Below are positions 1 through 12,844 of a stretch of 64,000 nucleotides of DNA, in pieces (position 1 is the stretch's first letter; the number at the start of each line of letters is the position of its first letter). Origin of the DNA: Torpedo marmorata (taxonomy: Eukaryota); assembly GCA_977017645.1 (NCBI GenBank), contig OZ360252.1:20584001-20648000 (forward strand), written 5' to 3'. A program made the position numbers and the translations under genes. The notes under the pieces were generated by a model. That model did not search any database. It saw nothing but the letters and a program-made list of their open reading frames with translations, and was not told the origin of the DNA.

Positions 1-492
1 GGGGTTCCGATGGAGGGGCCTGCTTTGCCTTGGATGGGGCCCACATTCTTGGAGCTGGATGGTTCCACCACACCTCTGACTTGTGCCTCGTAGATGGTGG
101 AAAGACGTCAGACGGTGAGGCACTCACTGCGGAGCCTCTGGTTCTGTGGCAGCCACAGTATTTGTCAGTCTCTATGGTGACCCTCAGACCCTTGATGGAG
201 GGTACTGGTCAATGGGAACACTGTTAATCAAAAGATTAATGCACAAAAAAGAGCACATCAGACCATCAGACAACACATCAATATAAGGTGGAGAGTATCA
301 TTCCTTTACCCCCATCTCTGCATTAAATATCTGAATTTACAAGTTTGTACGGACATCACTAATGGGATTATATTTACATGTAAGTATTGAAGAAGTGAAA
401 AACATTTCAATTTTGTGCGATCTGGGGTGAGCTGGCAATTGGATGCAGAATTGACGTGATGTTAGGAGACTGAGTGTGGTAGTGGAAGGTTA

Positions 493-1078
493 CACTGGAG
501 AACAAAGATTTTGTTTCCTGAACACTTTTGGGTGTATTTTATGGATTTTGGGCTGCTGATCACAAAAATCACCTGAAAACTTTCCTATCGCATAGCGATT
601 TTTTAGATATAACCTATTTTTGTGATTTCCTGTCATATTTTAAGTCTATTCAAGCATACAAAAACATGAAGTGCAACATGTCATTGAAAATTCATTTTCT
701 GCATTCGCACTTGGACGTCTTCCCTGCTGATCTTGGTGCAGTCAGTGACGAACATGGTGAAAGGTTTCACCAGGACATTGCGACCATGGAAAAGTGGTAT
801 CAGGGAAACTGGAATCCATCAATGCTGGCCGACTATTGTTGGACACTGACACGAGAGGCATCAGTTGCTGAGTACAAACGAAAATCAGCGGTAAAACATT
901 TTAAAGTCAGTTGAACTAACGCAATGTGTCATTGAACATGCTAAACTCAATAAAAGTGAATTTAATGTTTCTCCAACTTCTTACGTGTTACAGCAAATCT
1001 GAAATTATCTTTGTGTTCAGCTTGAAGTTGTCTATCATAATCCCCATTTTGTTTTCAGGAAGCAAACCTTTTGAAAAG
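493..1078 (+). mobile_element. Non-autonomous CMC/Chapaev3-like DNA transposon, right end truncated
   Basis: Starts CACTGGAGAAC after TTA; keeps a transposase C-terminal fragment KIHFLHSHL...[10 protein letters not shown]...MLADYCW (ORF 528..914). Confidence 0.75.
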
Positions 1079-1081
1079 ATT

Positions 1082-1288
1082 GAGACACAGCGCTCCCCCG
1101 CGGGGTCTAACCGCCCAGTCTGACTGCTGACGGCACTGCACAGGCTTTAAAAGGCCTGTGAAAGGAGCCGACGGTGGTTTATTTAAAAAAAAATTAAATT
1201 TAATCCTGCGACTGCGGGGTCTGGGCCCAAGATGGCGGCGCATAAGAACATATTATTACATGACACAATAAAAGAATCTTGAATCTTG
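1082..1288 (+). mobile_element. Short, internally deleted copy of the non-coding retroposon seen at 53817-54612
   Basis: Shares GAGACACAGCGCTCC...GGGCCCAAGATGGCGGCG and ends CAATAAAAGAATCTTGAATCTTG. Confidence 0.65.
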
Positions 1289-2164
1289 GGGCTCTGTCCA
1301 ATGCTGACCTGGGTGTTGGAGGATAACCTTTAAAGAGGTCAAAGACGCACAATTTTACATGAGCTCATTCATCCTCTATAAAAGGTAAGTTACCCGGTCA
1401 AAGACCATTAGAGCCCTCGGTGACCCAGTTTTCAAGAGATGAATGGTTCACGAAGCTAACCTTTTAAAATGAAAGGGGAACAAAATAAGCACATTGATTT
1501 TTAACTCAAAAGAAGAATTATTTCAAAAAAATAAAGAGGACAGGGACATGTTTAAAGTGCTTGTGGCAGCTGGTGGCAATGATTTTGAGAGCCAATTGGT
1601 TGTAAATAAGATGTTTACTTGCTGTGAAGGCACTTTCTGCTGGAAGAATAATTCTGCTGTCAGCACTGCGTAATCATTTTTAATTAGCCTTCGGGTAACC
1701 TGCTCGAGCCATTAAGGCAACAGGAAAAGCAAGCAGTGAACAATGATAAACACCTTCATAAATATCGACGCAGAAGGAATCAGCTCACTCACTCACAGCT
1801 GCAGCCACAGTGTGGTGGCAGGTACTGATGAATGGGACCGGATAAACATGACCTAATCTGGTGCCAATGCCTCGTTGGAAGGGCTGTCACATTAACCAGG
1901 AGACTTGTGAGAAGTGACACCTTGGAGTTAATAGCCTATGATTGTTCCCATCACTGACCTTGGCCTGTCCAATCTTGCTGGCTGTGATAACACTGGACAA
2001 CAAAGGTTTTGCTTCCTGGACACCTTTGGGTGTATTTTATGGATTTTGGGCTGCTGATCACGAAAATCACACTAAAACTTTCCTGTCACGTACTGATTTT
2101 TAGATATAACCTATGTTTGTGATTTCCTGTCATATTTTAAGTCTACTTCAAGCTTACAAAGTAA

Positions 2165-4383
2165 TAGGTATTGGGGAAATTTGGTTTTGGAACTACATTT
2201 ATTAATTGGATTAAAACTATATATAAAGAACCATCTGCTAAAGTGGTCACAAATGGACAAATTTCTTCAAAATTTCCTTTGACTAGGTCAACTAGACAAG
2301 GATGACCTTTGTCGCCAGCATTGTTTATTTTAGCAATAGAACCTTTGGCAGAATTAATTAGACAAGATATTAAGATTACAGGTATTAAAGCTGGAAGAGA
2401 AGAGCATAAAATTAGTTTATTTGCAGATGATGTATTGATTTATATGACAAAACCTATTACTTCTTTAATACAATTGACTGTTTTATTGAGAGAATATGGG
2501 GAAATATCTGGTTATAAGATTAATTCTGATAAAAATGAAATTATGGCATTAACACAAGGGAATTATAGTAAATGTAAAGAAATTACACAATTTAAATGGT
2601 CAAAGGAAGGAATTAAATATTTGGGAATAAAGATTGATACAAAATTAACTAATTTACCGGTATATAAATTAAATTATTTACCATTATTTGTGAAAATTAA
2701 AAAAGATTTAGAGAGTTGGAAGGATTTACCTATAACTTTAATGGGAAGGGTAAATTGTATTAAAATGAATGTTTTTCCAAGAATTCAATATCTTTTTCAA
2801 TCAATTCCTTATGAAATTCCTCAAAAATTTTTTAAAGATTTAAATTTAATTATTAGGAAGTTTTTGTGGAAAGGAAAGTTGGCTAGAGTAAGTATGGAGA
2901 AATTAACTTGGAATTATGAAATGGGTGGTTTACAACTTCCTAATTTTCAAAATTATTATAAAGCAGCTCAATTAAAATTTGTTAATGAATTGTTTGATTT
3001 AACTAAGTCTTCTGCTTGGATTAGAATAGAACTAAATAATATTGGAGAAGATTTCAAAGAAGAAGTTATTTATAAATGGAATTCTAAATTATTATTAACA
3101 AGAAGGAAGAACTCTCCTATTTTTAAACATTTGTTAGAAATATGGAATAGAATGGATAGGGAGATAGGAGGGAAAGGGTTGATTTCTCCAAGAATGCCTT
3201 TATATCAAAATAAACTTATTCCATTTACTGTTGATAATCAATTATTTAAAATTTGGTTTCAAAAGGGAATTAAGAAAATAAATGATTGTTTTGAAGCTGG
3301 TAAATTTATTACTTTTCAAAGAATGAAAGATAAGTTTAATGTATTGAATAATACACTTTTTGCTTATTATCAAATTAGAGCATTTTTAGTTGGGTAATTA
3401 GGCTATAGTTTGACTTTACCAAGACAGAGTGAATTAGAATTATTAGTTACTAATGGAGGTGTAAATAAATTTATTTCTCAAATGTATAGACTGCTTCAGA
3501 GAAAAATCCCTAAAGTAGGAATTCAGAAATCAAGATTAAAATGGGAATCAGATTTGAATGTAACAATAGATGAAGAACATTGGAAAGAATTATGTAAACT
3601 AAGTATGATGAAGATTATTAATGTTAGATATAGATTAGTTCAATATAATTTTTTCATCAATTATATTTAACGCCTAAAAAATTAAAGAAATTTAACGCGA
3701 CATTATCAGGCTTATGTTTTAGATGTAATAGAGAGGAAGGTTCTTTTGTACATTCTACATGGTTTTGTCCAAAGGTTTATGATTTTTGGTTGAAAGTTAA
3801 AAAGTTTTTAGATAAAGTATTAAAAATTACATTCCCAATGGACCCTATGATATTTTTGTTTGGAGATATTAAAAGAGTTAGTATTAAGATGAAATTAAAT
3901 ATGTATCAAATAGAATTTTTGCGAATTGCTTTAGCTGTATCTAAGAAATGTATTGCTATTACTTGGAAATCTGATGTAGATTTAGGGTTAGAAAGATGGC
4001 ATGCAGAATTTTGTTTATGTATACCACTTGAAAAAATTACTTATAATCTACGTAATAAATATTATTTCTTTTTGAAAATATGGAGCCCATATATGAAGGT
4101 TGTTGGTTTAAGGATTTGAAGATCTCTGGACATCGGATCTGACTGGCGAACCTATCCTCCATAATAAAATTAGTTATAGATGTATTTTTTAGATTGACAT
4201 TCTCCTTATTCTATCTTTTTCTTTCTTTCTTTCTTTTTTATTTTAGTAGATTAGAAGAGGTGGGAGGTTTAGGGAGGGGAGGGAGGGAAGGGGGTGTGAA
4301 AATATATCACATGTATTTTGATAATTTTATATTTTACCTTATGTATTTTGTGATTTAAAATTTTAAATAAAATATTAAAAAAA
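2165..4383 (+). mobile_element. 5'-truncated L1-clade LINE (ORF2 RT C-terminal half, CCHC domain, 3' UTR, A-tail)
   Basis: TRQG-stop-PLSP and LFADD motifs (ORF 2309..3397), CFRC..H..WFC motif, G-rich 3' UTR; 15-bp TSD AAGCTTACAAAGTAA at 2150-2164 and 4384-4398. Confidence 0.92.
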
Positions 4384-4540
4384 AAGCTTACAAAGTAACA
4401 AGTCATTGAAAATTTCATTTTCTGCATTCGCACTTGGACTTCTTCCCTGCTGATCTTGGTGCAGTCAGTGACGAACATGGTGAAAGGTTTCACCAGGACA
4501 TTGCGACCATGGAAAAGCGGTATCATGGCAACTGGAATCT

Positions 4541-5697
4541 ACTCTCCACTCAGCTCTGGATCACCTTGAAAACAGCAATTCATACATACGGCTGCTCTTC
4601 ATCGACTACAACTCGGCCTTCAATACCATTATTCCCTCAGTGCTGGTCAAGAAGCTACAAACTCCAGGCCTCTGTACCACCCTCTGCAACTGGATCCTTG
4701 ACTTTCTCATCGGAAGACCACAGTCGGTACGAATTGGAAACAACGTCTCCTCCTCACTGATTATCAACACAGGCGCACCCCAAGGATGCGTGCTTAGCCC
4801 ACTGCTCTACTCGTTACACACCCATGACTGTGTGGCCAGGCACAATTCCAATGCCATCTACAAGTTTGCCGATGACACCACAGTTGTCGGCAGAATCACA
4901 AACGGCAATGAGGAAGCGTACAGGAAGGAGATAGATCAGCTCGTTGAATGGTGTAACGACAACAACCTTGCACTCAACGCCAGCAAAACCAAGGAGATGA
5001 TTGTGGACTTCAGGAGGAAGTCAGGGGAACACGACCCAGTCCTCATCGAAGGCTCAGTAGTGGAGAGGGTCAAGAACATCAAATTCCTGGGTGTCAACAT
5101 CTCCGAGGATCTGTCCTGGAGCCTCCACGTTGATGCAATCACAAAGAAGGCTCGCCAGCAGCTATACTTTGTGAGGTGTCTGAGGAGATTCGGTATGTCT
5201 CCGAAGACTCTCGTAAATGTCTACAGGTGTACCGTGGAGAGCATTCTGGCTGGTTGCATCACTGCCAGGTATGGAGGCGCCAACTCTCAGGACAAGAATA
5301 AACTCCAGAGGGTTGTTAACTCGGCCGGTGACATCACAGGCACCAGACTTCACTCCATCGAGGACATCTACATGAGGCGGTGTCTTAAAAAAGCAGCCTC
5401 TATCCTCAAAGACTCCCACCACCCAGGCCATGCCCTCTTCACTCTGCTACCATCAGGAAAAAGGTACAGGAGCCTAAAGACGAGCACTCAACGGCACAAG
5501 GACAGCTTCTTCCCCGCTGTTATCAGATTCCTAAATAATCAATAAACCAAAGAAACTGCCTTACTTTGCGTGCACTATCATTTATATATTTTTTATAGTA
5601 ATGTCGTAAGATGGTTATAATATGAATGTTTGCACTATGATGCTGCTGCCAAATACCGAATTTCATGACTTGTTCATGACAATAAATTCTGATTCTG
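4541..5697 (+). mobile_element. 5'-truncated Rex1/Babar-type LINE (RT C-terminus, 3' UTR, ATTCTG tail)
   Basis: ORF 4640..5545 with [20 protein letters not shown] and [18 protein letters not shown]; ends TGACAATAAATTCTGATTCTGA. Confidence 0.88.
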
Positions 5698-6950
5698 ATC
5701 AATGCTGGCCGACTATTGTTGGACACTGACACGAGAGGCATCAGATGCTGAGTTCAAAGGAAAATCAGCTGCAAAACATTTTTAGGTCAGTTGAACTAAC
5801 GCAATTTGTCAGCATCGTTATGCGATTAAACATGTTAAGTTCAATAAAAGTTAATTTAATGTTTCTCCAACTTCCTACGAGATACAGCAAATCTGAAATT
5901 ATCTTTGTGTTCATCTTGATAATCCCCAATTTATTTTCAGGGAGTAAACCTTTTGAAAAAATTTGTTGTCTTGTGTAATCATTGATGCTTCTGGCCATTT
6001 CCATTCTATTCCCTTGTACTTTCATGTCCCCTCTCCCCCATCCTCATTCCCAATTTAGATGTTCTTTAACGATTGAAGTTTATTGTCGCTTACCAGGATA
6101 CAGCGAATGGGTTTTTGAAAAAAAAAATGGTCTAGTGTAATTTAACATTTATTGGTTCAGTTTTCATAATCTGCATTTTATTAAATCACCTTGTTGATAT
6201 TATTATTGAGATTGAACTCCATTTATTTTATTGATAAATCTTTTGAAAAAATTTGTTGCCCAGTGTAGTTCACAGGACGTGAATGTCACAGCCAAGACTC
6301 AATTCATCGCTCAGAAGAAATCTGCAGACTCGAACAATGGTCACGACACAGAAGAAGGATGTTAGGTCAGTTGAGACCCTCCCCACAGCCTTGTGAATTC
6401 CTTACTTCCAGATCCTGACCTAGCTCCCTTTAGAACCTGCCCCCAGTCTCCCCCGAGCGTGAATTCATTGATCCTTTGTCTCCCACACTTTCGCCAATGA
6501 AAAGAGCCTCTCTCCAGTCACTCCGTCTGTGTGCTCCATCATACACAAGAGATTGCAGGTGCTGGAATCTGGAGCAAGAGAAAAACCACTCCCAAACTGC
6601 TGGACAAAGTCAGCAGGTCAGGCAGCATCTGTGAAGGGACATGGAGAGTCAACGTTTCCAAAGGAGACACCTCATCGGGACTGGAGCAGGGTCATGATCC
6701 GAAACGTTGACGCTCCGCGTCCCGCCCTCCGTGGTTGCTGCCTGACTTGCTGAGTTCCCTCCGGCAGCTTGCACTTTTGCATATCACATCCCCAACTTCT
6801 CCAGTCTATCAGCACAAGTCCCTCAGCCCTGCAATCGTTCCAGTGAACCTCCGCTGTCTCGGAGATCTTCACTCTTTCTTAATCCCTCTTTGTTGAACCA
6901 TTTTGAGGAGCAGCCATCACATTGTGATCTTTTCATTTACATTTTTTTTT

Positions 6951-7158
6951 AGACATACAGCACAGTAACAGGCCCTTCCAGCCCACGAGCCTGTGCCGCC
7001 CAATTGACCTACAAACCCTGATCTTTTTTGAAGGGTGGGAGGAAACCGATGCACCCGGAGGAAACCCATGCAGACACGGGGAGAACGTACAAACTCCTTA
7101 CAGACAGCGCCGGATACGAACCCTAGTTGCTGGCGCTGTAACGCTAACTGTGCCGCCC
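6951..7158 (-). mobile_element. tRNA-derived V-SINE (HE1-like)
   Basis: GGGCGGCAC head, B box GTTCG, V-domain GGAGTTTGTACGTTCTCC...GGGTTTCCTCCGGGTGC, CR1-like tail. Confidence 0.8.
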
Positions 7159-7834
7159 CAGTTCTAGACCAGCCATTCTCCACGGGGGTCCTACGGCCCT
7201 CTGGGGGCCAATGCACTTTTAAGTAAAACCCTTGTTTTCTTTTTAAGTCACAGAACATAAATATTTTTTTTGTAGTTGGTCAGGAAGAAGTATGGAAGAA
7301 ACCTAAACTTGACTGCTTCACAGGGAAGGGGGCCCATAAACTTTGAGCAGAGTCCTAAGGGGGCCTTAGCCGAAAAAAGGTTGAGAGTGGCTGATCTAGA
7401 GTCACCATTATTAAAATCTGAAACTGTTTGATTGAATTCCCTTGATACCATGATGGGGAGTTCATGTCTCCATGTCAACCGTCCAGGTCTAATTAGCCAG
7501 TCACACCACCACTTAACCTTCAGATGCACACAGCTCAGTGCTGAGTCATATTTGCACAACTGGAGATCCTTAATCCCGTCACAATGCCAGGGATGGTGTG
7601 TCTTCACTGCTGGCTACTGGCGACTTATGGGGATCCTGCATATTATCCGTTAAACAGGAAAATCCGCAGATGTTTTTCTCCTTGGAGCGATGGAGGATGA
7701 GAGGTGACCTGATGGGGGTGTATAAGATGATGAGAGGCATTGATCGTGTGGATAGTCAGAGGCTTTATCCCAGGGCTGAAATGGTCGCCACAAGAGGACA
7801 CGGGTTTAAGGTGCTGGGGAGTAGGTACAGAGGA

Positions 7835-8773
7835 TGTTATGGACCATGACTGACAGTTTGAACTGCGGACGGTAAGCAGGAAGGATGAAGTTTTTTTTTG
7901 GAGTACATGCTGGGACCTGGTACTGAAAGAGTTAACTTGCCCAGGACTTCTTGTATTTACCAGAGAGAGACATCAGGGCGAGACAAACTGTGGAAATATA
8001 CTTGGGTGTGGAACTTTGGAAGAAGAAAAGACAGAGAAAACTTTCTCTTTATGAAGGCCTCAAGTTCGTTCGTGGAGAACTAAATCAGTGGCAGTTTTGG
8101 AGTTGCAAGGAGGAGAACTCAGCAGGATCCAGGCTTGTGCATCCCAGAGAAGAAGTTGGGAGAATAGCACAGAGTCTCTTGAATCAGAAAAGTCCAGTCT
8201 TGTGCATCCCAGGGGAAATGGCTGGGAGAAAAACAAGGCCTGGTGATTCGGCAGAATCCTGAGTTGGGAGCAGCTTTTGTGAAGAACCGGCTGTGAGAGC
8301 CAAGTACACGCCTTAATCCAAAACGGATCTGAATTCGCAATCCTTGTGAAAACACCAGAAGGGAAAGTCATCAGAGAAGAAAAGCAAGCCAAGTATTCGT
8401 AAGCATAAACAGTCATTGTCTCTCTCCAACGTTCATTAAGAAGTCCTTCTTGCCAGCACACAGAGCTGAATTTGGACCCTGAACATAGAGAGTGAATTTT
8501 TGTGGACTGTATTTTTGGGACTGACTTGTTTTTTATGACTGACCTGGGGTTTTTGGGGGAAAGTTTTTCCATTTTTACATGAGGGTTGGGCACAGACTGT
8601 AATGGTCTGGGCTTGACACACACACCTTTTAGATAAGAATAGTGTTTATAGACGTTTATAGTGGGGTTAATTGTTGTGAAATTATATGTTTAATTGTCTT
8701 TAATAAATATAAATTTCAATTTTACCCCTTTTGCATTGCGTCTTCTGTCGTTGCTGGTTTGAATTTTGTAACA
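7835..8773 (+). repeat. 5' LTR
   Basis: TGTTAT...GTAACA; near-identical to 12845-13784 and similar to 43103-44016; AATAAA near the 3' end. Confidence 0.95.
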
Positions 8774-8777
8774 AAAT

Positions 8778-8790
8778 TGGGGGCTCGTCC
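8778..8790 (+). promoter_or_regulatory. Primer binding site, tRNA-Pro type
   Basis: TGGGGGCTCGTCC 4 nt after the LTR, complementary to the 3' end of tRNA-Pro. Confidence 0.85.
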
Positions 8791-8906
8791 TTGGATTTGA
8801 ATTAAAAATCCATCTTGGTAATTGAAGGAATCCCAGTCTGGTTTAAGACATTCCTTTTGTAAAGCTAATTAAAAGCTAGTGTGTGTGTAACGAAAAACCA
8901 GCAACA

Positions 8907-10640
8907 ATGGATGTAGAAAATTTTTTGGAATCACCTGAACCTGATACTTTAAAAAAGGTGAAAAAGGAACAGTTAGTGGCTATAGCAACAGAGTTGGACA
9001 TTGCTTCTGTAAAACCATCAATGAAAAAGGCAGAGATTGGGAGAAAAATTGTCAAATACTATATAAAAGAAAAAAAGTTTGAGGAGAGCGTGTTAGAGCA
9101 GTTTCCCAAGGGTAAACCTTCTGAAAACATACAGTTGGAAATAAAGAAATTGGAATTGGAACAAAAGAACAGGGAATTGGAACAAAGGAAATTAGAATTG
9201 GAGGTAGCCAGTGAACAAAAGAGATTAGACTTAGAGAACGAGGAGAAAAATAGGATATATGTGCTGGAAAAGATAAAGTTGGAAAATGAGGGGAGACAAG
9301 AAGAGCACATAGATCAAATTTGTCATCCTGTTGAGGGGTTTTTGGCTAGTAGAGAAGTTAGGTTGGTTCCTCCATTTGAGGAGGCAGAAATAGATAAGTA
9401 CTTCCAGCATTTTGAGAAGGTGGCTGTGAAATTAAAATGGCCACAAGACCAATGGTCCCTTATGTTACAAAGTGTAATAAAAGGAAAAGCTCAGCAAGCT
9501 TATTCTACTCTTACCACGGAGCAAGCTGCTGATTATGAAACGGTGATAAAGGCTATACTCCAGGCTTATGAGTTAGTTCCAGAGGCTTATAGACAGAAGT
9601 TTAGAAATTTAAAAAGATCAGCAACCCAATCTTACACAGAGTTTGCCTATGAAAAGGTTGTGTGTTTTGACCGGTGGTGCACATCTAAGGAAGTAAACAA
9701 TGATTACAATCAATTGAGAGAATTGATAATAATCGAGGAGATAAAAAGGTATGTTCCTGAGGATATTAAGGCATACTTAGATGAAAAGGAGGTGAAAACT
9801 TGGCAAAATTCAGCTGTTAGCAGATGAATATGCTTTAACCCACAAGCCTAAGTGGACGTCAGGCAGAATTTTCCAAAAGGGCACTGTGGATAATCCCAAG
9901 CAAATGGAAAGTAAATTTGGAAGTGGTGTTAAGGAAAGGGATGAAGGAAAGTGGAAAAGGGAAAACCCTTCGGGTCCCATTTGCCACTACTGTAGGAAGG
10001 CTGGTCATATGCTCGCAAGCTGCCCAGTGTTGAAAAAGAAGAGAGAAAAGGATGCAACACCTAATGCTTGTATTCAGAGTGAGAAGAGGCATAACACCCA
10101 GGAAGGAGATACATTTACTGACAAAGTTAGAGATGTATTTAAACCTTTTGTGACTGATGGTTTTGTTTCAGTTAAGGCAGGAGCAAAACAAGTTCCAGTG
10201 AAAATCTTGTGAGATACTGGAGCTGCTCAGTCACTTGTGTTAGATAGTATCTTGGAATTTTGTGAAGCTACTGACACCGGTGACATAAATTTAATTAAAG
10301 GAATTGGGGGTGATGTTGAGTCCATTCCTTTGCACAAAATAGTGTTGGACTCAGACTTGGTGGAAGGACCTGTTATAATAGGAGTGAGATCAGAGTTGCC
10401 AGTAGAATGAGTCTCACTGTTGCTAGGCAATGACTTGGCTGAGGGTAAAGTAGTTCCTGCAGTGCGAATGACCACTAAGCCAGTCATTGATAAGTCAGAG
10501 AAAGACTCTGATATTTATCCGGCATGTGCCATAACCAAGGCCATGTCTAAGAAAAATGTCACTGTAGAGAAGGCAGTGGAAAATAACTTGGTGAAAGAAA
10601 AAGTCAGTGATAATCAAGAACACCTGGAAAAGGTTGAGTA
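8907..10640 (+). pseudogene. gag (coiled coil, SCAN-like capsid, CCHC knuckle) and aspartic protease, disrupted
   Basis: ORFs 8883..9827 and 9886..10212 (CHYCRKAGHMLASC); protease active site reads IL-stop-DTGA at ~10205-10225; frameshift near 9820. Confidence 0.88.
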
Positions 10641-10647
10641 ATCTCCT

Positions 10648-11950
10648 ATGTTACACCCATCCACTGATAAGACACCTAAAGGCACAGATTTGTCACTATC
10701 CCGACAGGAGCTAATAGCAAGGCAAAAGGACGATCCTGATCTTGCTGAGGTGAGGGATAAGGTTCTCTCTGAAGAGGAGATTAAAAAGGTGCCAGTGGGT
10801 TATTATGAAAAAGATGGGGTGTTGATGAGAAAGTGGAGACCATGTGATGTTCCTGCCAATGAAGAATGGGCAGTAGTGCAGCAGGTTGTGATCCCTAAAG
10901 TATATAGGGACGCAATAATAACTTTGGCTCATAGTACACCCTTAGGTGGTCACCTTGGGGTGAAGAAAACTATACAGAAGTTAATGAAACAATTTTATTG
11001 GCCCAGTTTAAGAAGGGAGGTTGTAAGGTTTTGCCGGGCCTGTCACACTTGTCAGGTGGTGGGTAAACCTAATCAGGGTTCCCTGGTGGCATCCTTGCAA
11101 CCTATCCCTGCTTTCAGTGAGCCTTTCTCGAGAGTGATTGTGGACTGTGTTGGCCCATTGCCCAAAACCAAAGAGGGGAATGAGTATTTGTTAGCAATTA
11201 CGTGTGCAGCCACCAGATTTCCAAAGGCCATTCTTCTGAGAAACATTAAAGCAAAGTCAATTGTAAAGGCTATGGAAAAGTTTTTCACCTTGGTACGTTT
11301 GCCAAGGGAAATTCAATCAGATCAGGGCAGTAATTTCATGTCAGGCGTTTTCCAACAAGTGGTTGATGGACTGGGAGTTAAACAGATTGTATCCTCTGCG
11401 TACCATCCAGAAAGTCAAGGGGCCTTGGAGCAGTTCCATTCGACTTTGAAAAACATTATTAGAACCTATTGTTGTGAGAAGGAAAAGGATTGGGATGATG
11501 GGTTTCATTTGTTGTTATTTGCAGAGAGGGAGTCTGTCCAAGAATCACTTGGTTTTAGTCCATTCGAGTTAGTTTTCAGACATGAGGGGAGAGGTCCTTT
11601 AAGATTATTAAAAGAACAGTGAATTAATAGTGATGCACATTTAAATCTGTTAGATTATGTTTCCAAATTTAAGGATCGGTTGCATAGGGCTTGTGAGATG
11701 GCAAAGGAGAATTTAAAGGCCACTCAACAGAGAAAGAAGGTTTGGTATGATCGAAAGGCTAAGATGAGAACTTTTAAACCTGGTGAGAACGTATTAGTTC
11801 TGTTTCCCATCCATTCAAATCCTCTTAGGGCTAGATTTTCAGGACCCTATAGAGTTAAGTCAAAAATTAATGATGTCACTTATGTCATAGAAACACCTAA
11901 TCGCAGCTGAGACACACAGGTCTGTCATGTGAATATGATTAAGCCATATT
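10648..11950 (+). pseudogene. Retroviral-type integrase, located upstream of RT
   Basis: HHCC zinc finger (AHSTPLGGH...CHTC), IVDCVGP, SDQGSNF, YHPESQGALE, GPY/F motif FSGPYRV; internal stops. Confidence 0.9.
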
Positions 11951-12034
11951 TTGAACAGGTGCCGCAAAAAGAGACTGATCATTTACCAGAGGTGCTGGTT
12001 ATTGACAGGGGTAAGGAGTCTAAAAGGAGATAAA

Positions 12035-12715
12035 ACCAGTTTCAGAGAGGGTCATGGGACTGTTAATTCTCTGGGTTATGTAGTAGGACAGGGGAAGTTG
12101 GTGCCAGTAGAGGAAAAGGTTGTGACTATTTCCGAGTTCCCTGTTCGAACTGGTAAGAAAACTCTGAGGAGGTTCCTGGGAATGATTGGCTACTACCGCA
12201 AGTTCTGTAAAAACTTTGCTGATCTTGCGCTCCCTCTCACAAATTTGCTTAGAAAGAAAGAAAAATTTGTATGGTCGACAGGTTGTCAGGAAGCATTTGT
12301 CAAATTGAAAGCCACGTTATGCCACCAACCTGTGCTTAAGTCACCTAATTTAGAACAGCCGTTTTCTTTAGCCGTGGATGCCAGCGATGAAGCTGTGGGT
12401 GCGGTGCTGTTACAGAAGAAGAACGAAGAGGACATTGACCATCCGGTATCCTACTTCTCGAAGAAGTTCAATGATCATCAAAGAAATTATTCAACCATAG
12501 AAAAAGAGTTGTTGGCTCTTGTGTTGGCTCTACAACACTTTGATGTGTATATCTGTACAGCTCAAAAACCACTCATAGTGTATACTGACCATAATCCATT
12601 GGTTTTTCTTTGTAAAATGAAAAATAAGAATCGACGGTTGTTGAATTGGAGTCTAATTTTGGAAGAATATAAAAGGGAAAGATAATGTAATTGCTGATTG
12701 TCTTTCTAGATGTTA
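12035..12715 (+). pseudogene. RT C-terminal remnant and RNase H
   Basis: LGYVVGQG, LRRFLGMIGYYRKF, VDAS, YSTIEKELLA, YTDHNPL; no YLDD palm seen. Confidence 0.88.
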
Positions 12716-12844
12716 AACTTTATAAATGAAAATAGTTCATATTTTGTATTTGTGGATGAACATTGTGGGTTTTGTTTATATTGTAACACTTCAATTTCCA
12801 AAATTTTGTTTTTGAAGACCAACATTTTCTTTGTGGGTGGGAGG

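Larger units (their letters stand above)
1991..5975 (+). mobile_element. Chapaev3-like non-autonomous DNA transposon interrupted by an L1 and a Rex1-like LINE
   Basis: CACTGGACAACAAA ... TTTGTTGTCTTGTG termini; TAA on both sides (1988-1990, 5976-5978); pieces 1991-2164, 4384-4540 and 5698-5975 are collinear with the copies at 493 and 31503. Confidence 0.8.

Noticed and set aside
7539-7548. TGCTGAGTCA MARE/AP-1 motif
   Set aside because: Single short motif, expected by chance in 64 kb
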